Source: an uncultured Ruminococcus sp.
GTDB taxonomy: Bacteria; Bacillota; Clostridia; Oscillospirales; CAG-272
Direction: 5' to 3'
Length of the DNA stretch: 64,000 nt
NCBI GenBank assembly: GCA_902779285.1
Contig: CACZAZ010000003.1
Coordinates: 10,014 to 74,013, forward strand
The translations under genes and the position numbers were made by a program. This document shows, in pieces, positions 46,846-54,470 of this stretch. A model generated the notes under the pieces. The model did no database searches, was not told the origin of the DNA, and worked only from the letters and a program-made list of their open reading frames with translations. Position 1 is the first letter of the stretch, and the number at the start of each line of letters is the position of its first letter.

Positions 46846-48903
46846 TCAGATCCCGACGGGGTCGCCTCCCGCGTCGTAGGTCGCGTCGTCGCCGTCGCGG
46901 GATGGGAAGCGCCGCCCTGCGTCGGGGGAGGGCTCGTCGGTCTCGCCGTTGATCCTTTCGCCCTCGCTGACGTAGCGTTTCGCCTGGGTCGAGAAGAGTT
47001 CGTAGTATTTGCCGCGCTTCTCCATCAGTTCGGCGTGGGTCCCCTCCTCCACGACCTCGCCGTATTCGAGCACCACGATCTTCGAGGCGACGGTCGCGCT
47101 CGAGAGCCGGTGGGAGACGAAGATGGTGGTCTTGTCCCGCCGCAGCTGATCGAAGGTGTTGAAGATCTCCTGCTCCGCGATCGCGTCGAGCGAGGCGGTC
47201 GGCTCGTCAAGGATCAGGATATCCGACGTACTGTAAAAGGCGCGCGCGATGGCGAGCTTCTGCCATTGACCGCCCGACAGTTCGGTGCCCTCGCGGTCGA
47301 AAATACGCATCAGAGGCGTGTCGTACTGCTGAGGCAGATGCGAAATGTACTCGTCGACGTTCGCCTGTTCCGCCGCCTCCTTGATCTCGCTTGGGATCGG
47401 AGTGCGATGGACGTCCCCGAAATGGATGTTCTCCGTGACCGTGACGGCGTAGCGCCCGAAGTCCTGGAAGATGATGCCGAACATCTTGTAGAGTTCCGCC
47501 GTGTCGTAGCGTTTGAGGTCCTCGCCGTCGAGCAGGATCTTTCCCTCGGTCGGGTCGTAAAGCCGGGTCAGCAGCTTGATCAGCGTCGTCTTGCCCGCAC
47601 CGTTCAGCCCGACCAAAACCGCCGTTTCGCCCGGACGGAGCGTGAGGTTGACGTTTTTGATGACGTCGCGATCGGTGCCGGGATAGTGGAAACTGACGTT
47701 TTGGAACTCGATGGTGTGCGGGATCCCGCGCTTGACGTGCAGGGGCTCGCCTTCGGGGACGATCTTCTGCTCTTCGTGAAGAAAAACGAGCAGGTTATCG
47801 ATGAACAGCGTCCCCTCGTAGATCGACGCCGAATTGTTGATGAGGTTGCCGACCTCGGTCGAGATCTGATTCAGCGCGCCGGTATAGAGCGAGTAGTCGC
47901 CGATCATGAAGTCGCCCTTGAATACCCCCCACGCGACGAAGCCGTAGCAGACGCAGTTGACGACCGACGAAACGATCGAAATACAGACGTGCCAGACCCC
48001 CTCGTGGATGATCAGGCGGCGCAGCCCGGAGAAGTAGCGTTTGAACACCGACTGGTAGGCGTCGATGAACGCGCCCGACAGGTCGTAGAGCCGGATCTCC
48101 TTGACCAGGTCCTTGTTCACCAGAACGTCGGAATAGTAGTTCATCTCGCGGCGGTCGCGCGAACGGAAACGCATATACGCCCAGTTCTTGCGCCGGTAGA
48201 TGAAGTTGACGATCGCGGAGGGGAAGGACACGACCAGGATCGCGGCGGCGGCGAGCGGCAGGTCCGCGGACAGGATGATCAGATAGCCGACGAAACTGAT
48301 GACCGTACTGATCATCGCAAAGAAGTTGGAGATGATCTCGATCGGGCGGTGTCCCGCCTCGCGGTTGGCGTTCTCGAGTTTCTCGTAGAACTCGGGCATA
48401 TCGAAGGAGGCGTGGTCGATCTTCGCCGCCTTTGTCATGATCAGCGTCTTGACGTGCCGGACGACGAGTTCCCCGGCGATCCGGGTGGTGGCGGTGCTGA
48501 TCCGTCCGATCACGTTGTTCAGGATGCGGTAGGTGAACAGGAAGATCAGAAGGAACATCACCGTCGAGCCCATAAAGGAGTTCGCCCATTTCGCAAACCC
48601 CTCCGCGGCTCCGGTCGCAGAATCGGCGGCTTGCTCCGCGATGATCTTCTGCAGTTCGTTCAGGATCTCTTTCGAGAGCAGGGAGCCGACGATCGGCATC
48701 ACGCCCTGGAACAGAGCGATGAACGACTTGACGAACAGGATCCACGGCCCCGTCTTCCACACCAGGGCGAAAATATAGCCCAGCCGCGAGAAAAAGCCCC
48801 CGATCAGTTCGCGAAGGAACCGGGGCAGATCTGCGATATTCTTCGGGGGCGGAACGCGGGGGACGTCGTCGCGCCGCATCGGGGGCGGCATCATCGGAAC
48901 CAT
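46846..48903 (-). CDS. ABC exporter, fused permease and ATPase (MsbA-like type)
   Basis: Six-TM N-half, Walker A GLNGAGKTT, signature LSGGQWQK, Walker B ILILDEPTASLD. AAGGAG upstream of the ATG. Confidence 0.85.
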   Translation of the reverse strand: MVPMMPPPMRRDDVPRVPPPKNIADLPRFLRELIGGFFSRLGYIFALVWKTGPWILFVKSFIALFQGVMPIVGSLLSKEILNELQKIIAEQAADSATGAAEGFAKWANSFMGSTVMFLLIFLFTYRILNNVIGRISTATTRIAGELVVRHVKTLIMTKAAKIDHASFDMPEFYEKLENANREAGHRPIEIISNFFAMISTVISFVGYLIILSADLPLAAAAILVVSFPSAIVNFIYRRKNWAYMRFRSRDRREMNYYSDVLVNKDLVKEIRLYDLSGAFIDAYQSVFKRYFSGLRRLIIHEGVWHVCISIVSSVVNCVCYGFVAWGVFKGDFMIGDYSLYTGALNQISTEVGNLINNSASIYEGTLFIDNLLVFLHEEQKIVPEGEPLHVKRGIPHTIEFQNVSFHYPGTDRDVIKNVNLTLRPGETAVLVGLNGAGKTTLIKLLTRLYDPTEGKILLDGEDLKRYDTAELYKMFGIIFQDFGRYAVTVTENIHFGDVHRTPIPSEIKEAAEQANVDEYISHLPQQYDTPLMRIFDREGTELSGGQWQKLAIARAFYSTSDILILDEPTASLDAIAEQEIFNTFDQLRRDKTTIFVSHRLSSATVASKIVVLEYGEVVEEGTHAELMEKRGKYYELFSTQAKRYVSEGERINGETDEPSPDAGRRFPSRDGDDATYDAGGDPVGI

Positions 48904-48948
48904 ATACGGCGATTCTCCTTAAAAAAGGACATTGTTGCAACCGCAACC

Positions 48949-48977
48949 ATTATAGCACGGTCGCGCGGGGAAGTCAA
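48949..48977 (-). promoter_or_regulatory. promoter P1 of the ABC exporter
   Basis: The minus strand reads TTGACT-N17-TATAAT (ttgacttccccgcgcgaccgtgctataat). Confidence 0.6.
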
Positions 48978-48993
48978 GCGAATCTTCCATTTC

Positions 48994-49022
48994 ATTATAG
49001 CAGACCCGGGGAGCAGAGTCAA
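48994..49022 (-). promoter_or_regulatory. promoter P2, a tandem duplicate 45 bp upstream of P1
   Basis: The minus strand reads TTGACT-N17-TATAAT (ttgactctgctccccgggtctgctataat). Confidence 0.55.
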
Positions 49023-49053
49023 GAAAAATGCGCCCCGTCTCACGCCGGGGCGC
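49021..49053 (-). terminator. terminator upstream of P2
   Basis: The minus strand reads gcgccccg gcgtgaga cggggcgc, followed by atttttctt. Confidence 0.55.
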
Positions 49054-49128
49054 AATTCATGCCGCGCTCGCGCGGCAATTCACGACGCGGAGCGTCAATT
49101 CATGCCGACGAAGGAGGCAATTCATCAA
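49052..49128. repeat. four phased copies of (G/T)CAATTCA(T/C), an iteron- or operator-like array
   Basis: Copies start at 49052, 49075, 49095 and 49117, spaced 20-23 bp apart. The palindrome ttgccgcaagcggcaa lies next to them at 49147-49162. Confidence 0.6.
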
Positions 49129-49283
49129 AAAAAGCGCCCCCGGAATTTGCCGCAAGCGGCAATATCCGCGCGCCCTCCGCCTGACAAGCGAGCTTGTCGA
49201 TCTCCGGGCGGCGGATGCGGACCGGATTCCGCTCCGCGCAAGCGCGGGCGGAGCCCGATCCGATAAAGGGTGGCGCCTCCAAC

Positions 49284-49310
49284 GCAAAAACACCCCCGCG
49301 GACGGGGGTG
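49284..49310 (-). terminator. terminator of the tRNA operon
   Basis: The minus strand reads cacccccg tccg cgggggtg, followed by ttttt. It is nested inside a longer hairpin that reaches into tRNA-Cys. Confidence 0.7.
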
Positions 49311-49317
49311 TTTGCGT

Positions 49318-49391
49318 TGGAGGCGCCACCCGGAATCGGACCGGGGATGAAGGTTTTGCAGACCTCTGCCTTACCGCTTGGCTATGGCGCC
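49318..49391 (-). tRNA. tRNA-Cys (anticodon GCA), with a non-canonical T-loop
   Basis: The reverse complement is ggcgccatagccaagcggtaaggcagaggtctGCAaaaccttcatccccggtccgattccgggtggcgcctcca. The T-loop reads TCCGATT where TTCGATT is expected. Confidence 0.8.
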
Positions 49392-49631
49392 GGATAAATG
49401 AGACAAGGAATTGCGCACGGACTGCGCGGAGAGAAAACCGGAACCGACGAGGGCTCTGAACCGGGGTTCAAGCCGGAAATGCGCACGGACGGAACAAAGA
49501 GAAAAACGGAACTGACGAGGGCTCTGAACCCTGGCGTCGGATAACGGAGCAGTCATTGTTGCTGTGCCGGGGCGACGCCTTGGATTTCTCACCGCTCCGC
49601 GGCGAGAAATCGGGGTTCAAGCCGGACGCGG

Positions 49632-49673
49632 TTCGAAAAAGAGCGGGAAGGATCACGGGATCCTTCCCGCTCT
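49632..49673 (-). terminator. hairpin/terminator after tRNA-Gly
   Basis: A 13-bp stem, agagcgggaagga/tccttcccgctct, followed on the minus strand by ttttcg. Confidence 0.5.
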
Positions 49674-49677
49674 TTTT

Positions 49678-49753
49678 TGGAGCGGATTACGGGGCTCGAA
49701 CCCGCCACCTCGACCTTGGCAAGGTCGCGCTCTACCAAATGAGCTAAATCCGC
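49678..49753 (-). tRNA. tRNA-Gly (anticodon GCC)
   Basis: The reverse complement is gcggatttagctcatttggtagagcgcgaccttGCCaaggtcgaggtggcgggttcgagccccgtaatccgctcca. Confidence 0.9.
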
Positions 49754-49771
49754 GGAGCGACCATCGGTCGC

Positions 49772-49847
<76 letters not shown>

Positions 49848-49861
49848 AAAGGGAATAAGGA

Positions 49862-49938
49862 TGGCGACCCGGATGGGGCTCGAACCCACGACCTCCGCCG
49901 TGACAGGGCGGCGCTCTAACCAACTGAGCTACCAGGCC
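49862..49938 (-). tRNA. tRNA-Asp (anticodon GTC)
   Basis: The reverse complement is ggcctggtagctcagttggttagagcgccgcctGTCacggcggaggtcgtgggttcgagccccatccgggtcgcca. Confidence 0.9.
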
Positions 49939-49980
49939 ATCGTCCTCTTTTCGCCCGGACTTTTGTCCGAGACGAATAGT

Positions 49981-50009
49981 ATTATAGCAAAGCGAAAACC
50001 GTTTGTCAA
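49981..50009 (-). promoter_or_regulatory. sigma-70-type promoter of the tRNA Asp-Phe-Gly-Cys operon
   Basis: The minus strand reads TTGACA-N17-TATAAT (ttgacaaacggttttcgctttgctataat). Confidence 0.6.
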
Positions 50010-50125
50010 GACTTTTTTTGAAAAAACGCGAAAAGGTCTCACCGCGCGAGAAACCGCGTGCCTTATCTTGCTTTTTTCATCAAATTGCGGTATACTGGGT
50101 TTACAAATAAAAGCAAGGGGTCAAT

Positions 50126-50608
50126 ATGGAAAACAACGAGATCCGCGCCTATCTTGAAAAAATGAAGTTTTGCCGGCTGACCGGGATCAGATGCGCGTGC
50201 GAAATGCTTGTGTTTGATTTCGGTTCTTGCGGTCTACACGCGCAGTGCTTTGCCCGCGTCGTCAAAAACGGAAAGATCCTTCTGACCACGCTGGATTATC
50301 AGAGTTGGGACGGGGAAAACGACGAAAACAACGACGAATGGCGCAACCTTGATCGGTATCGGGACGAGATCGTCGGAGGCGTCGTTTCAGACGTCCGGTT
50401 AAACGAATTGAACGATCTGACCATCACGCTTGATAACGGTGTGACGATTGAGTGCTTCGCCGCGAACGGGGAAACGACCTATGATGAAGAACGCGAGTTC
50501 TGGCGGGCGCTGTTCGACGTAGACGAGATGATCGTCACGCATGTTGTGGCGACCAACGTTTCTTTGGACGTGATAGCGAGCGTAGTGGAGACGGATTCCA
50601 AAGAATGA
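50126..50608 (+). CDS. hypothetical protein (160 aa), acidic, from an AT-richer gene
   Basis: ORF with AAGGGG upstream. Its stop overlaps the next ATG (ATGA). I recognise no family. Confidence 0.55.
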   Translation: MENNEIRAYLEKMKFCRLTGIRCACEMLVFDFGSCGLHAQCFARVVKNGKILLTTLDYQSWDGENDENNDEWRNLDRYRDEIVGGVVSDVRLNELNDLTITLDNGVTIECFAANGETTYDEEREFWRALFDVDEMIVTHVVATNVSLDVIASVVETDSKE

Positions 50609-51171
50609 AGAAACTTCTTTTGTTCGATTGCTTCGGGGTGGTGATGCGCGAGGTCGCGCCCTACTGGTTCCGACGCTACTATACTCCGGAAGAAGCCGAC
50701 CGGATCAAGGAAAGTATGATGCACGACGGCGACGTGGGCGCGGTCCCCGACGACGTGCTTTATAGGCGGCTCGGTGAGACCGTCGGTGTGCCGGGGGACG
50801 AGATCAAACGCGAATGGGAATCCCTCGTGATCCCCGACCCAAAGACCATCGCCCTGATCCGCGAACTGAAAACCCGTTACCGCGTCGTCCTGCTCTCGAA
50901 CGCGATGTCGGGCTATCTTCGCTACGCCCTCGACAAATGCGGGATCGCCGATCTCTTCGACGACGTGATCGCGTCCGCCGAGGTCAAACTGGTGAAGCCC
51001 GATCCCGCGATCTTTAAACTCGCCCTCGAACGCGCGGGGGTGGTTGCAAAAGACGCTCTGATGATCGACGACGTAGAGAAGAACCTCGTCGGCGCGAAAT
51101 CGGTCGGGATCGAAGGATACCTGTTCCGCGGCGCCGAGGGGCTGAGAGACTATCTCGCCTGCGACGCCTGA
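50605..51171 (+). CDS. HAD-superfamily hydrolase-like protein
   Basis: LLLFDCFGVV is a motif I variant that lacks the second Asp. LLSNA (motif II) and LMIDDVEKNLVGA (motif IV) are present. Confidence 0.6.
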   Translation: MKKLLLFDCFGVVMREVAPYWFRRYYTPEEADRIKESMMHDGDVGAVPDDVLYRRLGETVGVPGDEIKREWESLVIPDPKTIALIRELKTRYRVVLLSNAMSGYLRYALDKCGIADLFDDVIASAEVKLVKPDPAIFKLALERAGVVAKDALMIDDVEKNLVGAKSVGIEGYLFRGAEGLRDYLACDA

Positions 51172-51200
51172 AACGCGTTTTTTCCTACCCCTCAAAACCG

Positions 51201-51239
51201 GACGCCCGCGCATCTTTTGATGCGCGGGCGTCGTTTTTT
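51201..51239. terminator. bidirectional terminator
   Basis: gacgcccgcgcatc tttt gatgcgcgggcgtc, followed by gtttttt. Confidence 0.7.
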
Positions 51240-51915
51240 ATTTGATCTTGAGCGTTTTGAGGTACTCTTTCCGTTCCGGCGGGACGCGGTAACTCTCGAT
51301 CGCTTTTTGAATCGTTTTGTTGTGCGTCCACACGGGGAGACGGCGGTCGGAGAGGTAGGGGAGCGTCTCGTCCCACCTCTTGGCGAGGGCGGTGGCGTAG
51401 AACCACGCGACCTCCATCCCGACGTAGTATTCCTCCTGCGGGATCTTCGCCGGCAGGGCGAGGACTTCGGGTTTGAAGTTTTCGTCGAGGAAATACGCCA
51501 TCAAAAACCCGACGGCGGCGCGCCGGACGTAGGGCAGGGGGGACCCGAGCCAGCGTTCGATATGCGTCAGCGCCTCGTCCGGGTGTTTGGCGAAAACCTT
51601 CGGGCGGAGGATATCGGTCGCCGCCCAGTTGTCGGCGTAGGGCAGAAACGCGTCGAGTTCCGCGATCGCCGTGGAAAGATCGCGCTCCCGCCCGACAAGG
51701 ATCGCGTGGAGCAGGTCTTCTTCGAGCGTCCCGTGCGGCAAAGCCGAGAGGAACGCCCGCGCCTCGTCGCCCTTGATCTCCTTTGCCAGCCCGCGGAGCA
51801 GGGGCAGGCGAACGCCGAGGATCTTTTCGCGCGGGACGGTCGGGATCAGTTTCGCCTGGAAGTCCGCGTACTCCGGCTCCGCCTGCGCCGCGAGACGGTC
51901 AACGATCGCCGCCAT
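51238..51915 (-). CDS. DNA alkylation repair protein (AlkC/AlkD-like HEAT-repeat family)
   Basis: N-terminal ...YADFQAKLIPTVPREKILGVRLPLLRGLAKEI and an overall helical-repeat pattern. Confidence 0.7.
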   Translation of the reverse strand: MAAIVDRLAAQAEPEYADFQAKLIPTVPREKILGVRLPLLRGLAKEIKGDEARAFLSALPHGTLEEDLLHAILVGRERDLSTAIAELDAFLPYADNWAATDILRPKVFAKHPDEALTHIERWLGSPLPYVRRAAVGFLMAYFLDENFKPEVLALPAKIPQEEYYVGMEVAWFYATALAKRWDETLPYLSDRRLPVWTHNKTIQKAIESYRVPPERKEYLKTLKIK

Positions 51916-52907
51916 CAGTTTTCGTCACGCGAGCCCGAGACCAGCCGCCAGATCGCCGTGACCGCGCCGAACAGCACGCCGGCGATCGGCCAGACGATCC
52001 AGGTCCTGCCCCAGTCGTTCGTAAGGAAACTCCAGGTCAGGTAGATCGCGACGGCGACGCACCAGTAGACCGAGCTGATCGTCTCTTCGGTCTTGTTCTT
52101 TTTTCTCGTTTCGGGGGACGCGTCGATCTCGTTCAAAAGGAAGGTGAAACTTCCGCGCACGACTCCGACCCGCACGATCAAATAGACGCCGATCCCGATG
52201 ATGGGGAACATCATCGATAAGAACACCGTGAGGATCCGATCAGAGACGCCCATAGCGCCGGCGACGATCAGGGGCAGCACCGCGAGGATGCAGAGCACGA
52301 TCCCGAGCGTCAGGCAGACGGTGTAGGCGTGTTCGTGCGCGCGGCGTTTCTCTTTGACCATACCCGACACGCCGTAGGCGGTCTCAAACCCCTCGGTATG
52401 CCAGACGTTGAAGCGGGAGGTGCGGATGCCGGTCACGATGAAGAGCGCGACCCCGATCGCCACCAATCCGAACAGGGCGGTCATCCCGACGGCGGTGGCG
52501 ACGCCCTCGCTGATCGAGCCGCCGTACTCCGCCAGCCCGCCGAGCAGGATCAGGAGGGCGGGGCAGAGGACGCAGAGCAGAACGCCGAGCGCCACGGTGC
52601 GCGCGCTCTGCCGCTGGGTCGAGAGGTAGTCGTTGGCTTCCTCCATCGTGACGACGCGCTTGCCCCCGGGCTCGGTCGTTTCTTTCAAGGGCGCGGCGTC
52701 CTCGGGCTCGATCTCGTCTTTTAAAAGGTAGTCGGTAGAGACCCCGAACAGTTCCGCGAGCAGGATGACCTTCGAGAGGTCGGGGGTCGCCTGCGCGCTC
52801 TCCCATTTCGAGATCGCCTGCCGCGAGACCGACAGTTTTTCGGCGAGGTCCTCTTGCGACCAGCCGTTCTTTTTGCGTTCGTTGATGATTTTGTCTGCGA
52901 GTATCAT
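51915..52907 (-). CDS. XRE-family HTH protein fused to a multi-pass membrane domain
   Basis: The N-terminal HTH is WSQEDLAEKLSVSRQAISKWESAQATPDL, followed by about six hydrophobic segments. Confidence 0.75.
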   Translation of the reverse strand: MILADKIINERKKNGWSQEDLAEKLSVSRQAISKWESAQATPDLSKVILLAELFGVSTDYLLKDEIEPEDAAPLKETTEPGGKRVVTMEEANDYLSTQRQSARTVALGVLLCVLCPALLILLGGLAEYGGSISEGVATAVGMTALFGLVAIGVALFIVTGIRTSRFNVWHTEGFETAYGVSGMVKEKRRAHEHAYTVCLTLGIVLCILAVLPLIVAGAMGVSDRILTVFLSMMFPIIGIGVYLIVRVGVVRGSFTFLLNEIDASPETRKKNKTEETISSVYWCVAVAIYLTWSFLTNDWGRTWIVWPIAGVLFGAVTAIWRLVSGSRDEN

Positions 52908-53002
52908 GGTTTCGTCTCCTTGATGATCTTCCCGGTCCGGCGTCTTGCCCCCGGGACGCCTTCATTCTACCACGGGCAGGGGGTCGGGGTCTACCAACCG
53001 GG

Positions 53003-53051
53003 GGTTGCAATTTGTAAAATCACGGTTGCTTTTTTCGGTTTTTTCGGTTGC
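53003..53051. repeat. three phased GGTTGC direct repeats upstream of the XRE-membrane gene
   Basis: GGTTGC occurs at 53003, 53024 and 53046, spaced 21 and 22 bp apart, within cggttgcttttttcggttttttcggttgcg. Confidence 0.5.
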
Positions 53052-53073
53052 GTTTGCCGCTACCGACCGTTTT

Positions 53074-53448
53074 TCAGCGGTTTTCGCGGATCCACGCGAG
53101 CAGACCGTCGTAGTCCATCTCCCCCCGCGCGACGGCGAATCCGACCCGCGCGACGTCGTCCACCGAGGGGTGGAGCCGGATCCCGTTGGTTTCGAGAAAG
53201 GTCAGAAGGATATACATCCCGATCCGTTTGTTTCCGTCGACGAAGGCGTGATTGGAGATCAGGGAATACCCGATCCGCGCCGCCTTCTCCTCTTTCGTCG
53301 GATAGAGTTCCTTGCCGTCGAAGGTCTGAAACGCCGACGCGAGCGCGCTGTCGAGCAGATCGAGGTCCCGCACGTCGGCGGCGCCGCCCGTTTCTTCGAT
53401 CAGGAGGCGGTGCAGAAGCAGCACTTTTTCACGGCTGAAACGGATCAT
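53074..53448 (-). CDS. doc: Doc (death-on-curing) Fic-family toxin
   Basis: HAFVDGNKRIG, the Fic/Doc motif HxFx(D/N)GNKR. It is 124 aa and overlaps the upstream antitoxin gene. Confidence 0.85.
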   Translation of the reverse strand: MIRFSREKVLLLHRLLIEETGGAADVRDLDLLDSALASAFQTFDGKELYPTKEEKAARIGYSLISNHAFVDGNKRIGMYILLTFLETNGIRLHPSVDDVARVGFAVARGEMDYDGLLAWIRENR

Positions 53449-53687
53449 TTTGCCAGCACCTCAAACGCGCGGCGATACTCGCGCAGAACGCGCGCGGCGA
53501 CGAAGTCGATCTTCTCGTCGTCGGTCATCTCGATCGGTGCGTCGCTCTCCAGATCGACCAGGCGGTATTTCGGCTTGTTGTTCTTGAAAATGATGATTTC
53601 CCCGGATTTGTCCGCCATCCGCGCGACCCGGGAAAAGTTCTGATTCGCTTCGGAAATCGAAACGATTTTTTCGGTGTTGATGTTCAT
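53445..53687 (-). CDS. phd: Phd/YefM-type antitoxin
   Basis: 80 aa, with ISISEANQNFSRVARMADKSGEIIIFKNNKPKYRLVDL. Its stop overlaps the doc start. Confidence 0.75.
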   Translation of the reverse strand: MNINTEKIVSISEANQNFSRVARMADKSGEIIIFKNNKPKYRLVDLESDAPIEMTDDEKIDFVAARVLREYRRAFEVLAK

Positions 53688-53708
53688 ACAGTTCACCCCC
53701 CCGAGAGT

Positions 53709-53737
53709 ATTATACATAAATTATAGGATATTGTCAA
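53709..53737 (-). promoter_or_regulatory. sigma-70-type promoter of phd-doc
   Basis: The minus strand reads TTGACA-N17-TATAAT (ttgacaatatcctataatttatgtataat). Confidence 0.6.
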
Positions 53738-53742
53738 CCTAT

Positions 53743-53779
53743 TTTCAAAAAAAGAACTGCGCCGCGCAGGGCGGCGCAG
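53743..53779 (-). terminator. terminator of the upstream small membrane-protein gene
   Basis: ctgcgccgc/gcggcgcag stem, followed on the minus strand by ttcttttttt. Confidence 0.65.
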
Positions 53780-53799
53780 AGAAAGAATTCGCTTTTTTG

Positions 53800-54204
53800 T
53801 CACTCTTCGGCGATATCGGAGATGAGCGACTGCAGGTAGCCCGTCACGTCAAAACTGAACCGGTTGACGTTGTTGTTGTCTACCACGAATCCTCCGACGA
53901 GGAGACCGTTTTTGTAAAAGGATACGTCGAATATTGCGAAAGACGGTTTCTTCTTTCCCCGAGAGGACGTTCTTCTGACCTTCAGGGCGGAGAGGGTCTT
54001 CCGCGCGCTCTCTACGGTCTCGGGGTCCGTGATCTCGTAGTCGACGTAGGAAGATCCGCTTTCCCGGTACTCCCGGATCACGAGCGTATCCGCTTCCGGC
54101 AGATCTTTCAGCGGTCTTTCCGGGATCAGGTCCCGCAGCACGATAAAGAGCAGAAACGCGAGCAGGACGAGAACGATCAGCGTGACGGCGACTTTGATTT
54201 TCAT
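53800..54204 (-). CDS. hypothetical N-terminally anchored protein (134 aa)
   Basis: The start is at MKIKVAVTLIVLVLLAFLLFIV, with GGAGGTGA upstream. Confidence 0.6.
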   Translation of the reverse strand: MKIKVAVTLIVLVLLAFLLFIVLRDLIPERPLKDLPEADTLVIREYRESGSSYVDYEITDPETVESARKTLSALKVRRTSSRGKKKPSFAIFDVSFYKNGLLVGGFVVDNNNVNRFSFDVTGYLQSLISDIAEE

Positions 54205-54470
54205 GGTTTCACCTCCGCGGTCCTGTGTGTCGGGGCGGTTTTCAAGTAAAGGATACCACAAAAGCAAAAGATTTGCAAGAGAGAGGACGGTACTTTTCGC
54301 ACCCGGGGGATCGCGGGCAAGCCGCAAGGCGATACGTTGCTCCGCAACGCGATATGCCTCCTTTCGGTCGGCGCGAAAGAAAGCGGGAAAAATCTTCGCG
54401 CGCGGGGTTGCGCGGGGGCGCGGGATGTGCTATAATAGAATGTAATTTGAAGCAAAAGGCGGAACCGAAG

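Noticed and set aside
49052-49128. The GCAATTCA array considered as a CRISPR-like array.
   Set aside because: The repeat core is only ~8-9 nt at ~22-bp periodicity, far below CRISPR repeat and spacer sizes, and there are no cas genes. It is better explained as an operator or iteron.
49386-49677. A possible extra tRNA or tRNA pseudogene in the Cys-Gly spacer (ggttcaag T-arm-like cores).
   Set aside because: I could not draw an acceptor stem, D-arm or anticodon arm. It is reported only as repeats.
54205-54470. A purine riboswitch upstream of purB/guaB, an FMN riboswitch upstream of ribF (35643-35697), and a T-box upstream of lysS (42902-42957).
   Set aside because: The leaders downstream of the predicted -10 boxes are only ~35-55 nt. 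They do not contain the conserved cores of these elements.
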